Shown piece by piece: positions 28,685 to 38,612 of a stretch of 64,000 nt of DNA (positions are counted from its first letter, which is position 1; each line of letters begins with the position of its first letter). The notes under the pieces are model-generated. The model saw nothing but the letters and a program-made list of their open reading frames with translations. It was not told the DNA's origin and did no database searches. The translations under genes were made by a program, and so were the position numbers. The DNA is from Candidatus Latescibacterota bacterium (lineage in GTDB: Bacteria > Latescibacterota > UBA2968 > GCA-2709665): the NCBI GenBank assembly GCA_965222075.1, contig OZ244937.1, forward strand, positions 2,336,001 through 2,400,000. The letters run 5' to 3'.

Positions 28685-29725
28685 ATGAAAGCGATGATGT
28701 TGTGGGAACCTGAGAAGATGGAACTGGTGGACCTCCCGGACGAAACGCCCGGGCCGGGAGAGGTCGTCCTGCGGGTGGAGGCCTGTTCCATCTGCGGCTC
28801 GGACCTGGAAGGCTACCACGGCCTGCACCCCACAATGACCCTGCCGCGTGTCATGGGCCACGAAGTCGCCTGCCGGGTCGAATCTCTGGGCCCGGAGGTC
28901 ACAGGTGTGGCCGTAGGAGACCGGGTCGCAGGAACGGGACGGAAGGCCTGCGGGGACTGTTCCCGTTGCCGGGACGGGCGGCCGGACCGGTGCGGACAGC
29001 CCCTGGGACCGGGCTTTAAAGCCCACGGCGCCTATGCCGAGCGAATGACCGTATTGGCGCGTGGGCTGACCCCGATCCCGGACGGCATCAGCTTCGAAGA
29101 GGCCGCCGTCGCCCAGCCCATCTGCATCGCCAACCACGCGGTCGTCACCCGCGCAGCGATCCGCGAGGGCGAAACCGTACTCATCCAGGGCTGCGGCCCC
29201 ATCGGGCTGGCGGCCATGCGCCTCAGCAAGCTTCGGGGTGCCCGCGTGGTCTCCACCGATATCGTCTCCTACCGGCGTCGGTGGGCGTGTAAGCTGGGCG
29301 CGGACCTGGCCCTGAACGCCCACACGGACGATGTCCTGTCGGCCGTTATGGACCTCACGGACGGACAGGGCGTGGACAAAGTCATCGAATGCGTCGGCGG
29401 CGACCAGGACCAGACCTTGCCCCAGGCAATCAGGGTCGTACGCCGGGGCGGTCTGGTGGTCGTGGTCGGCTCCTTTGCCTCCGACCGGGCGACCCTGCCC
29501 ATCGTCGACTTCAAATTCAACGAAAAGCAGGTCATCGGCTCCCAGAGCATGCCCGAAGGCTACGGCCCCATCTTCGACCTCATCCAGTCCGGCAGCCTGG
29601 ACGCAAACACCCTCATCACCCACCGCCTCCCCCTCAAACAGGCCCACAGGGGACTCCAGTTGATGGATGAAAAGGCCGAAGAGGTCATGAAAGTCGTCAT
29701 TCTCCCCGGCCTGGACACCGCGTAA
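28685..29725 (+). CDS. Zinc-dependent alcohol dehydrogenase (MDR, sorbitol/threonine DH-like)
   Basis: ICGSD, GHE, CGDCSRC...C, GCGPIG. Confidence 0.9.
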   Translation: MKAMMLWEPEKMELVDLPDETPGPGEVVLRVEACSICGSDLEGYHGLHPTMTLPRVMGHEVACRVESLGPEVTGVAVGDRVAGTGRKACGDCSRCRDGRPDRCGQPLGPGFKAHGAYAERMTVLARGLTPIPDGISFEEAAVAQPICIANHAVVTRAAIREGETVLIQGCGPIGLAAMRLSKLRGARVVSTDIVSYRRRWACKLGADLALNAHTDDVLSAVMDLTDGQGVDKVIECVGGDQDQTLPQAIRVVRRGGLVVVVGSFASDRATLPIVDFKFNEKQVIGSQSMPEGYGPIFDLIQSGSLDANTLITHRLPLKQAHRGLQLMDEKAEEVMKVVILPGLDTA

Positions 29726-29781
29726 AAAAAGGGGTGGGCGACCTGTGTACAAACGCACCTGAATAGTTACAGGAGAACAAC

Positions 29782-30642
29782 ATGGAATGGCACTTTGAAC
29801 GCGTTGTCGGCCCCTTCGACTTTACCGAAGGCCCGGTGTGGAACGGCGAAGCCGTCCTCTTTTCCGACATCCCCAACAACCGGATTATGCGGTATAATCC
29901 GCAAACCGGGGCCTGCGATGAATACCGGACGGGCACCAACAGGGCCAACGGCCTGGTCCTGGACCCGGCGGGCAACCTCTTTGCCTGTGAAACGGAGGGA
30001 CGCCGTATCGCACGGTACGATCCCGGCGGCGAGACCTTCGTCGCAGCCGACACATTCGAAGGCAGCCGGCTCAACAGCCCGAACGACATCGTGGTGGACA
30101 GCAGGGGACGACTCTGGTTTACCGATCCCAGGTACGCAGCCGACCGGTCCGACATGGAACTCGACCACGAATCGGTCTTCCGGCTGCACCCGCAGGAGGA
30201 CGGTACCTGGTCGGTTGTGCGGATGACTTTCGACACCACACGCCCCAACGGCCTGATCGTAACGCCCGATATGAAAACGCTCTACGTGGCCCAGAGTGAG
30301 TATGGAGAGGATAAAAGGCGGGAACTGAGGGCCTACCCGATCTTAGAAAATGACACCCTGGGGGAATACAGCGTCCTGCACAACTTCTACCCCCACCGGG
30401 GGATTGACGGCATGACCCTCGACCTGGAATGGAATATTGTGGCAACCGCAGGCTGGGAAAAAAGCGGGCCGGGGCCGATGATCTACGTCTTTGCCCCTTC
30501 AGGGCGGGTCCTGGAAACCCACCCCATGCCGGTCTCTCCGACCAACTGCACCTTTGGAGATGCAGACCTCCAGAGCCTCTACGTCACCGCCTCCGACGGC
30601 TCTCTCTTCCGCGCCCGCACCCACCGCCGGGGACTCGCATAG
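29782..30642 (+). CDS. SMP-30/gluconolactonase family protein
   Basis: FTEGPVW, FSDIP, NSPND, FTDP, PNG, DGM, TNCTFG. Confidence 0.9.
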   Translation: MEWHFERVVGPFDFTEGPVWNGEAVLFSDIPNNRIMRYNPQTGACDEYRTGTNRANGLVLDPAGNLFACETEGRRIARYDPGGETFVAADTFEGSRLNSPNDIVVDSRGRLWFTDPRYAADRSDMELDHESVFRLHPQEDGTWSVVRMTFDTTRPNGLIVTPDMKTLYVAQSEYGEDKRRELRAYPILENDTLGEYSVLHNFYPHRGIDGMTLDLEWNIVATAGWEKSGPGPMIYVFAPSGRVLETHPMPVSPTNCTFGDADLQSLYVTASDGSLFRARTHRRGLA

Positions 30643-30662
30643 AGGCTGGGGGCCGCTCCACC

Positions 30663-32786
30663 TCAATCCGCCCGGCCATCCCTCAGGAGCTCCAGCGGGT
30701 GCCATACCTCCAGGTCCGTCCCTGCCTTCAAGTGGATGCTGCACACACTGCTTTCGGTCACAATCGCCTCTACCCCCGCCTCTTTGAAAGACTGAAAGAG
30801 GGGCTCTCCCACCGCCTGGGAAAGCGCGTACCCCAGCAGCCCCACCTTCAACCCGAACGTCCCCGCCATCCCGCAGCAGGTCCCTGTCTCAATCACCTCC
30901 ACCTCGGCGCCCCGCCCTTCCAGATACGCCATCGCATGTCTGCCCGCTCCCAGTGGGCGCTGGTGACAGGGAATGTGGAACCCGAACCGGCGCCCCTTGA
31001 GGGACTCGACATCCGGGGACGCCTCCCCTTCCACCAGCTCTAAGTACTCGAACAACTCATACGTCCGATTCGCCAGGGCCTTTGCATCCTCCCGCCCGTC
31101 CAGCAGTTTGGGGTAGGAAATCTTGAGGCAATAGCCTGCGGTCGGCTCTGTGGTCACAACATCGTAGCCCTGCTCCACATAGGGCGCCAGGTACCGGACG
31201 TTCTCATCCGCCACCTTCCGGGCCTTTTTTAAATCCCCATACCCGATATAAGGGTAGCCGCACCCCCTCTGCGGCGGCAGCACCACCTCACACCCCCGTG
31301 CCTCCAGGCGCTCTACCGCCGCCATCCCCAGCTCCGGGGCATTGTAATTCGCATACAGATCCACGAAAAAAGCCACGCGTCGAACCGGTTTGGAAACCGG
31401 GGAAGCCCCTCTCTTTCTCATACGTTTCATCAGCGTCTGCCGGTTAAACGGCGGCAGCTCGTGGCCCCGGCCGATCCCTGTGATCTTTTCCATGACCCAC
31501 CGGTATGCCCGACTTTTCAAAAGCCAGTTGGAAACCGGGGCCGTGGCGCTGCCGAATTTCGCAAAAGCCTCGGCCGCCATCAAAATCCGGTTGACCGCAG
31601 GGTGCGGATGCGTTTCGCTGTCCCGGTCCTTCACGGCCGCGATCATCATCGGGATATCGATCTCCGCCGGACAGATCTCCTTGCACAGCCCGCAGGAAAT
31701 GCAAAGCGGAGCGAAATCCCCTGCCAGCTCCAGCCCGTGCACCTCTGCGGTCCAGGGAATCCCGATCGGCCCGGGATAGATGTGCCCAAACGTATGCCCC
31801 CCAACCACCCCGTAGGTGGGACAGATATTCATACACGCCCCGCAGCGGATACAGTTGAGGGCATCCTTGAAGAGGGCATCCTCCCGCATCCGGGTGCGCC
31901 CGTTGTCTAAGATGATAATGTGCGACTCCCTCGGCTCCTCACCCTCTCCCAGAGGCGACCTCCCGCCCATCATCGTCACATAGGTCGTCAGGTGCTGCCC
32001 CACCGCGCTGATCGGGTGGGCCAACATCATCTGCAGCGCATCCTCAACCGTCTCCACGATCTTCTCCCGACCCATAATGCAGATATGGACATCGGGGATG
32101 CTGGAAACCAGCCGGGCGTTTCCCTCGTTCGTTTCAATCACAATCGCGCCTGTCTCGGCAACCCCCACATTGGCCCCGGTCATGCCGATATCCGCATTCA
32201 AAAAAATGGGCCGCAGGTATCGGCGCACAACCTTCATAATCGCATCCACGTCTTTGGAGACCGCCTCCCCCGCCACCTTCTCAAAAATCTCCGCCACCTC
32301 GCCCGCCGTCTTGTGAATCGCTGGAAACACCAGATGAAACGGCTTCTCCTGGACCTTCTGGATAATCAACTCCCCCAGGTCGGTCTCGATCACCTCCATC
32401 CCCGCCGCCTCCATCGGGTGGTTGACCTCGATCTCCTCGCTGGTCAGCGATTTCGATTTTGCCACCACCTTCGCCCCGCATTCCCGGGCGACCTTCAAAA
32501 TATACGCGATCGCCTCGGCCCCGTCCTTTGCCAGGAAAACGGACGCCCCCCGCTCCCTGACCTTCTCAGCAAACCGGTCCACCAGATCGTCCTGCTGCTC
32601 CAAACACCGCAGCTTAATCCCCCTCACCTCACCCCGAAAGCCCTCTCCGCCGGGGAGTAAGTCCACGGCCGCGTGGCGGCTGTCCCGCCCCCGTTTCACA
32701 ACCTGATAAAGCGCCGTGCGTTTGGACTTCTCCTTCAGCGCCCGATCGATCTTTGCATACAACCGCGAATACCTCGTCTCAGCCAT
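30663..32786 (-). CDS. lutB: LutB/LldF lactate utilisation Fe-S protein fused to C-terminal CCG domains
   Basis: KSKSLTSEE, ETDLGE, TNEGN, CIRCGACMNICP, CISCGLCKEICP, HIPCH, CCGMAGTFG. Confidence 0.8.
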   Translation of the reverse strand: MAETRYSRLYAKIDRALKEKSKRTALYQVVKRGRDSRHAAVDLLPGGEGFRGEVRGIKLRCLEQQDDLVDRFAEKVRERGASVFLAKDGAEAIAYILKVARECGAKVVAKSKSLTSEEIEVNHPMEAAGMEVIETDLGELIIQKVQEKPFHLVFPAIHKTAGEVAEIFEKVAGEAVSKDVDAIMKVVRRYLRPIFLNADIGMTGANVGVAETGAIVIETNEGNARLVSSIPDVHICIMGREKIVETVEDALQMMLAHPISAVGQHLTTYVTMMGGRSPLGEGEEPRESHIIILDNGRTRMREDALFKDALNCIRCGACMNICPTYGVVGGHTFGHIYPGPIGIPWTAEVHGLELAGDFAPLCISCGLCKEICPAEIDIPMMIAAVKDRDSETHPHPAVNRILMAAEAFAKFGSATAPVSNWLLKSRAYRWVMEKITGIGRGHELPPFNRQTLMKRMRKRGASPVSKPVRRVAFFVDLYANYNAPELGMAAVERLEARGCEVVLPPQRGCGYPYIGYGDLKKARKVADENVRYLAPYVEQGYDVVTTEPTAGYCLKISYPKLLDGREDAKALANRTYELFEYLELVEGEASPDVESLKGRRFGFHIPCHQRPLGAGRHAMAYLEGRGAEVEVIETGTCCGMAGTFGLKVGLLGYALSQAVGEPLFQSFKEAGVEAIVTESSVCSIHLKAGTDLEVWHPLELLRDGRAD

Positions 32787-32860
32787 AAGGGTCTTCCCTC
32801 TGTTTCAAACGGCAAACGGCCCCTCCGCCTTCCCCAAAAGCTTCCGGGGGAGGAGGTGTT

Positions 32861-33448
32861 TCACGTCTTTACCACCACCGCATGCGCTACCGCAGGGCCG
32901 TGCACCCCCAGCGTAAGCCGCATCTCGATATCCGCCGTGCGGCTGGGGCCGGAAATAAAGGTCGCTGTAGCATTGTGGGGATTCGCCTCATAAAAATCCC
33001 GGATGCGGGGCGCTGCCTCCTTAAGCGTTTCCACCAGATCCTCTGCTCGAAACAACCCTACATGCACCCCCGGAAGCGTGGAAACCAGACGGAAGGCATC
33101 GTCTGTGGCAAACTCCACCAGCGTACCGGTCTCTGCAATGGCAAAGGCCGCCATGGAAACGCCCACCTGCGCGGTGTCGATCTTGTGGGGCAACTCTGCG
33201 TGCTGAAACGGAGGCTTTAAGACCGCCACCCCCGCACCTTCACACCACGCTTCAACGGCCTCCTGAAGGCCTCCTGTAAGTTCCCCTATGGCAACCCGCC
33301 TGGCGTCTGTCTCCCGAAGGATCGAGGCCACAATATCAGCGGCCTCGTCAGTACTGGCAGCCAGATGTACGATGCCCGCCAGGGCCTCGTACTTCTGTTT
33401 AAACCGTTGGATGGAATCACCGGCCACAAAACGCCCCTCTTTAATCAT
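32861..33448 (-). CDS. lutC: LutC/YkgG (LUD domain) protein
   Basis: AIAETGT, ISGPSRTADIEMRLTLGVHGP. Confidence 0.85.
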   Translation of the reverse strand: MIKEGRFVAGDSIQRFKQKYEALAGIVHLAASTDEAADIVASILRETDARRVAIGELTGGLQEAVEAWCEGAGVAVLKPPFQHAELPHKIDTAQVGVSMAAFAIAETGTLVEFATDDAFRLVSTLPGVHVGLFRAEDLVETLKEAAPRIRDFYEANPHNATATFISGPSRTADIEMRLTLGVHGPAVAHAVVVKT

Positions 33449-33547
33449 CCGCGCGCTTTTTTCACAACTTTGACGCCCTCAAAGTAATGTGAAACCACAT
33501 CAGAATCAAGACCTATTCTGCGCGGTGAGAAATACCCATTAAAACTG

Positions 33548-33576
33548 TTGCAAAAACAACACATCTGTGCTATAAT
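33548..33576 (+). promoter_or_regulatory. sigma70-type promoter
   Basis: TTGCAA-N17-TATAAT in the AT-rich divergent intergenic region. Confidence 0.55.
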
Positions 33577-33678
33577 TTCACATGCTCCCCTGCCCCTGCG
33601 CCTGCCGCCCTCAGTTCAAATCTCTCCAATAACCTGTTTTTAATAAAAATCCGGTATAATAAGTCCACCCGGTGGGGG

Positions 33679-33694
33679 CGGTACGGTTCTTGCC
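33679..33694 (+). promoter_or_regulatory. sigma54 (-24/-12) promoter candidate
   Basis: CGGTACGGTTCTTGCC, with GG-N10-GC spacing, 60 bp upstream of ATG 33754. Confidence 0.55.
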
Positions 33695-33753
33695 TGATCT
33701 ATGATGAGGTGCAGCATCAACCGATTTGGATATCCCTTTGATGAGGTAAGCCT

Positions 33754-35043
33754 ATGCAACGGGCGCTATTTCTGATTCTGATGGCAGGCCTCCTCTGCGG
33801 CTCTCCCCTTTTTGCTCGAGACGGTACGGGATACATCATTGAGCGAATCGAAGTTCGGGGCAACAAAAAGACCAAGCCGAAGGTCATTCTCCGCTCCCTT
33901 ATGCTGCGGGAAGGGGATCGTCTACCCCCCGACTGGATCAACCAGAGCCGGCAGGCCCTCTACCGGACGCGCCTCTTCCGGACCGTCCACCTGGCCTCCA
34001 AACCGGGCACGGAAAAGGGCAAAGCCGTCGTGGTGGTCTATGTGGATGAAAAACGCTTCGGCGACCTTGGCGTCAGCCTCGAATATACCGAACTCGACGG
34101 ATTCGGGATCGCCTCGGACGCTTACCACGTCAATCTCTGGGGAGAAGGAAAGATTGTGGGGGTCGAATATGGCCTGGGAGAACGGCTCAAACACTGGAGG
34201 TTCAGCTATACCGACCCCTGGCTCTCCGGCTCAAACCTCTCCCTCCATGTACAGGGTTCCACCTCATCCTCAGATCGGGATCTCTACCGGAGCAAGAACC
34301 CCGATGTCCGGGGACGGTATGACCTGGAACGCATCGGGGGGTCTCTGGGCATCGGCCGTCCCATCGGCACGGCCTACCGGCTGATCTTCAAGTACTCATT
34401 TGAAGATGTCCAGGTCGGAGATTTCCACGCGCCGGCCGTACTCAGGGGAGGGGGGCTGTTCGCGCAGGAGGTCGGAGCCGCGGTGGGCCGGAAGCCGGTG
34501 GGCTTTCTCGGCCTCGACCTCTACCGACGGCCGTCGGGGCGGCCCTGGGGCAGTGTCCCGGGCGTCGATCTGAGCCTGCAGGTCGACTTTTCGGCAACCT
34601 ACCTGGGGTCTACGGCCAATTTCCTCCGATTGCGTACCGAACTCTACCGGCATGTTGAGACCTTTCCGGGGCAGACCTTCTCCTTTGGAGGACGCGCTGG
34701 AATCATCTTTGGCTCTTCCCCGTTCTACGAACGGTTCTTTCTGGATGGCCCCAACCAGCTCCGAGGAATGGAGCGGCGCGAAGTTGGACCCGAGGGGGGC
34801 ACCCGGTTTGTTTCAGCGGAAGGGGTCTATTCGGTCTCCCTGGCAAAGATGGGACGGTTCTATCTCTTTGCAGAAGGCGCAGGCATCAGGCGGCCTGTGA
34901 ACGGCACCGTCCGAAAGGACGCAGACGCAACCGTGGGCATAGGCATCCTGCTCTTCAACCGAATCGACATCAGTTTTGGCATCACAACCGGCACATTAAT
35001 CGTAAAATTCCACCGGTTCGGGGGAATCAATGTGGGCCTTTAA
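33754..35043 (+). CDS. Omp85 (BamA/TamA-like) outer-membrane protein with a single POTRA domain
   Basis: Signal peptide; POTRA-like IERIEVRGNKKTK..VILR; barrel motifs FSYTDPW and FFLDGPNQLRG. Confidence 0.8.
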   Translation: MQRALFLILMAGLLCGSPLFARDGTGYIIERIEVRGNKKTKPKVILRSLMLREGDRLPPDWINQSRQALYRTRLFRTVHLASKPGTEKGKAVVVVYVDEKRFGDLGVSLEYTELDGFGIASDAYHVNLWGEGKIVGVEYGLGERLKHWRFSYTDPWLSGSNLSLHVQGSTSSSDRDLYRSKNPDVRGRYDLERIGGSLGIGRPIGTAYRLIFKYSFEDVQVGDFHAPAVLRGGGLFAQEVGAAVGRKPVGFLGLDLYRRPSGRPWGSVPGVDLSLQVDFSATYLGSTANFLRLRTELYRHVETFPGQTFSFGGRAGIIFGSSPFYERFFLDGPNQLRGMERREVGPEGGTRFVSAEGVYSVSLAKMGRFYLFAEGAGIRRPVNGTVRKDADATVGIGILLFNRIDISFGITTGTLIVKFHRFGGINVGL

Positions 35044-35125
35044 AATCGGGGAATAGGGAGTAGAACAGGGAATAGGACCGGCCTCCTGCGCCTGCGCCCT
35101 GTATTTAAATGGATGCAAACAAGGC

Positions 35126-35737
35126 ATGAAAGAGGCATTGAGACAGGGATGGATCGTCTGGTTGGGCCTCTTTTTTTTTATGACGCAGCCCGGCAGCGCA
35201 TCGGCTCAGACGATAACGGTCGGAAAGCGGCAGGTCTATATCCAGGGCAACACCCTCAAATTGGACGTGGCGCTCGACTCCCTCTTTTCTCAGCGCGCCC
35301 TGGATGCGATCGAATCGGGGATGACCACTTCCATCACCCTGGAACTTCGACTTGGCCCGGAAGACAATTTCAAACCTCTGGATCAAATCCTTCACATCCG
35401 CCTCGATCACGACATCTGGGAGGGACAGTACCACGTCGTTCGACACGCCAGCAGGCCCGAGACCCTTCAGACTGCCAGCTTCGACACCGTCCGGAGCTTT
35501 TGCTCGAACCTGAAGGGCATCACCCTTGGCCCCCTGCCCTCGACCGGAAAACAATTCGTCCTGCAAGCCAGAGTCGGGGTGAACCCCATCTCACCCGAAC
35601 AGCAGCAGCGTACCCGAAAGTGGCTCAACCTCCTGGAAAAAGGGAGCCTGCTGGAACTCTTTATCCCCCTGGATCGACCGTCTGAACGCACGCGCTGGAT
35701 CGAAGTTGAGCGCTTCAACCTCAAGGATCTGAAATGA
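35126..35737 (+). CDS. DUF4390-like exported protein
   Basis: Signal peptide and DAIESG motif; its position directly before an NtrY-like kinase is typical for the family. Confidence 0.6.
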   Translation: MKEALRQGWIVWLGLFFFMTQPGSASAQTITVGKRQVYIQGNTLKLDVALDSLFSQRALDAIESGMTTSITLELRLGPEDNFKPLDQILHIRLDHDIWEGQYHVVRHASRPETLQTASFDTVRSFCSNLKGITLGPLPSTGKQFVLQARVGVNPISPEQQQRTRKWLNLLEKGSLLELFIPLDRPSERTRWIEVERFNLKDLK

Positions 35738-37236
35738 AACCCCTATCGCTACGATCGCGGATCATCATCGCCCTGATTGCCCTGGCGCTGGGAACCACAC
35801 TGGTCCTCTCACTTCTGGCCAAAAACCTGCTGGACCAGAGCCTGCAGGTCAGCATTACCCCGGAGATCGGACAGGCCCTGAACGATGCGCTCGTTCTGGC
35901 AAAAGAAAACTACAGTGTGCGTAAAGCCATCATGGTCGAGGCCGGCGGTGCGCTGGCCGAATCGCCGATCCTCAACAAGGCATTCCAAAACGGAGATCTC
36001 GAACGGTTGCGGGACGTGTTCAAACAGAGGGAACTTTCGGAGGTTTCACTCCGTTTCGCCCCCAGGGGAAGCCTGCCGGCGTCGCTTGCCGACCGCCTTG
36101 TTGGTGGCCCGCAGGTCTTCAAAAGCCCCGAGCAGGCAGCCCTGCTACAAATGGCGGTGCCCGTTTGGGAAAACGGACGCATCGTCGCGGCCCTGTTCGT
36201 CACGGAGCGCCTGGACAAGCTCATAAACGTAGAGCGGGCGGCACAGACGGTTGGGCACCTGCAAATGATCTTCGATCACACCCAGGAAGACCTCTATCGG
36301 GCCTTTCTACTGACCTTTTTGGTGGCCGCCGCAGGCGTGGTCCTGGTGGCCTCGGTAGTCGGTATCCGCATCGGGTTTGAAATCACCGGCCCCCTCTACG
36401 CCCTCATCAAGGGCACCCGGGAACTGGCCCGGGACAACCTGCATTACCGCATCCCCAGGGGCCGCGACGACGAGATCGGTCTGGTCATCGACTCCTTCAA
36501 CCGCATGGCGGAAGACCTGAACCAGAACCGGCGGCAGCGGGTGGAAGCCGAAAAAATCGCGGCGTGGCAGGAAATTGCCCGCCGCCTGGCCCACGAAATC
36601 AAGAATCCCCTCACCCCCATCCAGCTCACCGTTCAGCAGATGAGAGACAAATATGCAGGAGACGATCCGGCCTATCGGAATCTGATCGAGGATTGTACCG
36701 AGATCGTCACCGAAGAAGTGGAAAGCCTCAGGGGCCTGGTTCAGGAATTTGCGGACTTCGCCCGCATGCCCTCCCTTTCCCTGAAGCGGCACGACCTCAA
36801 CAGCGTGGCGCAGGACGCCGTCCGCCTCTATCCGGAAGCCAGCATCAGGCTCGACCTTCAGGTCGACCTGCCCGAACTCGACTTAGACGTGGAACAGATG
36901 CGCCGCGTGCTGATCAACCTGATCGAAAACGGCGTGGAGGCAGCCGGAGAGAACGGCACCCTCGCCGTCTGCACGCAGTTCCGGAACGGGACCGTAAAGC
37001 TCCAGGTCACCGATTCCGGGCCGGGTGTGGCCAGAGAGAACCGGGAACGGATCTTCCAGCCCTACGTGTCAACCAAAGAGAACGGAATGGGCCTGGGTCT
37101 GGCAATGGTGCGAAGTATTGTTGAGAACCATGGAGGGCGCGTTACCGTAACAGACGGCCCGGAGGGAGGGGCTCAATTCGAGCTTCTGCTGCCCATTCCA
37201 GAGGGATCTATAAAATGGCCGGAGGTGCAGACATGA
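35734..37236 (+). CDS. NtrY-like sensor histidine kinase (HAMP)
   Basis: AAWQEIARRLAHEIKNPLTPIQL, N box, DSGPG, GMGLGL. Confidence 0.9.
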   Translation: MKPLSLRSRIIIALIALALGTTLVLSLLAKNLLDQSLQVSITPEIGQALNDALVLAKENYSVRKAIMVEAGGALAESPILNKAFQNGDLERLRDVFKQRELSEVSLRFAPRGSLPASLADRLVGGPQVFKSPEQAALLQMAVPVWENGRIVAALFVTERLDKLINVERAAQTVGHLQMIFDHTQEDLYRAFLLTFLVAAAGVVLVASVVGIRIGFEITGPLYALIKGTRELARDNLHYRIPRGRDDEIGLVIDSFNRMAEDLNQNRRQRVEAEKIAAWQEIARRLAHEIKNPLTPIQLTVQQMRDKYAGDDPAYRNLIEDCTEIVTEEVESLRGLVQEFADFARMPSLSLKRHDLNSVAQDAVRLYPEASIRLDLQVDLPELDLDVEQMRRVLINLIENGVEAAGENGTLAVCTQFRNGTVKLQVTDSGPGVARENRERIFQPYVSTKENGMGLGLAMVRSIVENHGGRVTVTDGPEGGAQFELLLPIPEGSIKWPEVQT

Positions 37237-38612
37237 CCGAACAAACCGTGCTGGTCGTCGACGATGAGCGGAACATCCGGCGATCCTTGAAAATGATTCT
37301 TTCGGGCGAGGGCTACAGCGTCATCTGTGCATCCGCCGGGGAGGAGGCCCTGGAGGTCCTCTGCCAGCAGCCCGTTCACACCGCCCTGCTGGACATCGTC
37401 ATGCCCGGCATGAACGGCATCGACGTGCTTCAGAACATGCGAAAGACAAGACCCAACCTGCCCGTCATCATGATCTCCGGCCACGGCACCGTTCAGGACG
37501 CTGTGTGGGCGACCAAGCTGGGCGCCTACGACTTCTTGGAAAAGCCGCTCTCCCGGGAGAAAGTGCTCCTTTCCGTCTCCCATGCCCTGGAAACATCCAC
37601 ACTGGCTGAGGAAAACCGGAACCTGCGGCAAAAAATCGAAGGCCGCTACGAAATGGTCGGCCAGAGCCAGGCCATGCAGGCCATCCTGGAACAGATCGGG
37701 AAGGTCGCGCCCACCAATGGACGGGTGCTCATCTTAGGGGAAAGCGGCACCGGCAAGGAACTCATCGCCCGGCACATCCACCGGCAAAGCCAGCGGCACC
37801 GGGGCTCTTTTATCAAAGTAAACTGCGCCGCCATTCCAGAAGAACTGATCGAGAGCGAACTCTTTGGAAGCGACCGGGGAGCCTTCACAGGGGCCGTGAA
37901 GACCCGGGATGGAAAATTCCTGCAAGCCGACGGCGGCACCCTCTTCTTAGACGAAATCGGCGACATGAGCCTCAACGTCCAGGCGAAGGTCTTGCGCGCC
38001 CTCGAACAGGGAGAATTCGAGCGCGTGGGTGGCTCCGAAACCATTCGGGTAGACGTCCGGGTGATTGCGGCCACCAACAAAGACCTCCGGAAACGGGTGG
38101 AACAGGGCCAGTTTCGTGAAGACCTCTTTTTCAGGCTCAACGTCATCCCCATCGTGTCCCCGCCCCTGCGGGACCGTCGCGAAGACATCTCCCTGCTCAC
38201 TGCCCACTGCCTCGATCTCTACGCCGAAGAGAACGGCTTCCGGCCCAAAAAGATCGCCCCCGATGCAATGGAGGTCCTCTGCCGCTACGACTGGCCTGGA
38301 AACATCCGGGAACTCAAGAACCTGGTAGAACGCCTCTCCATTATGGTCAGCGCAGATGTTATTGGCGCTGGTGACCTGCCCACCCTCAGCGGCCTTCATA
38401 TTCCACGCGCCTCAGAAGAGGCAGACACCCCGGCGCTCCCGAATCTGCCCTCCGGAAAAACGCTGCGGGAAGTGAGGGAAGCCGTAGAGCGGGTCGTCAT
38501 CGGTGACGCCCTGGAAAAGAGCGGCGGGAATGTGACGCAGGCGGCCAAAATCCTGGGTATTGAGCGGACAAACCTGCATAAAAAGATCAAAGCCTATGAC
38601 CTCGAACGGTAG
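37233..38612 (+). CDS. NtrX/NtrC-like sigma54-dependent response regulator
   Basis: REC domain, GESGTGKE, intact GAFTGA, FLDEIG, WPGNIREL, Fis-type HTH. Confidence 0.92.
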   Translation: MTEQTVLVVDDERNIRRSLKMILSGEGYSVICASAGEEALEVLCQQPVHTALLDIVMPGMNGIDVLQNMRKTRPNLPVIMISGHGTVQDAVWATKLGAYDFLEKPLSREKVLLSVSHALETSTLAEENRNLRQKIEGRYEMVGQSQAMQAILEQIGKVAPTNGRVLILGESGTGKELIARHIHRQSQRHRGSFIKVNCAAIPEELIESELFGSDRGAFTGAVKTRDGKFLQADGGTLFLDEIGDMSLNVQAKVLRALEQGEFERVGGSETIRVDVRVIAATNKDLRKRVEQGQFREDLFFRLNVIPIVSPPLRDRREDISLLTAHCLDLYAEENGFRPKKIAPDAMEVLCRYDWPGNIRELKNLVERLSIMVSADVIGAGDLPTLSGLHIPRASEEADTPALPNLPSGKTLREVREAVERVVIGDALEKSGGNVTQAAKILGIERTNLHKKIKAYDLER

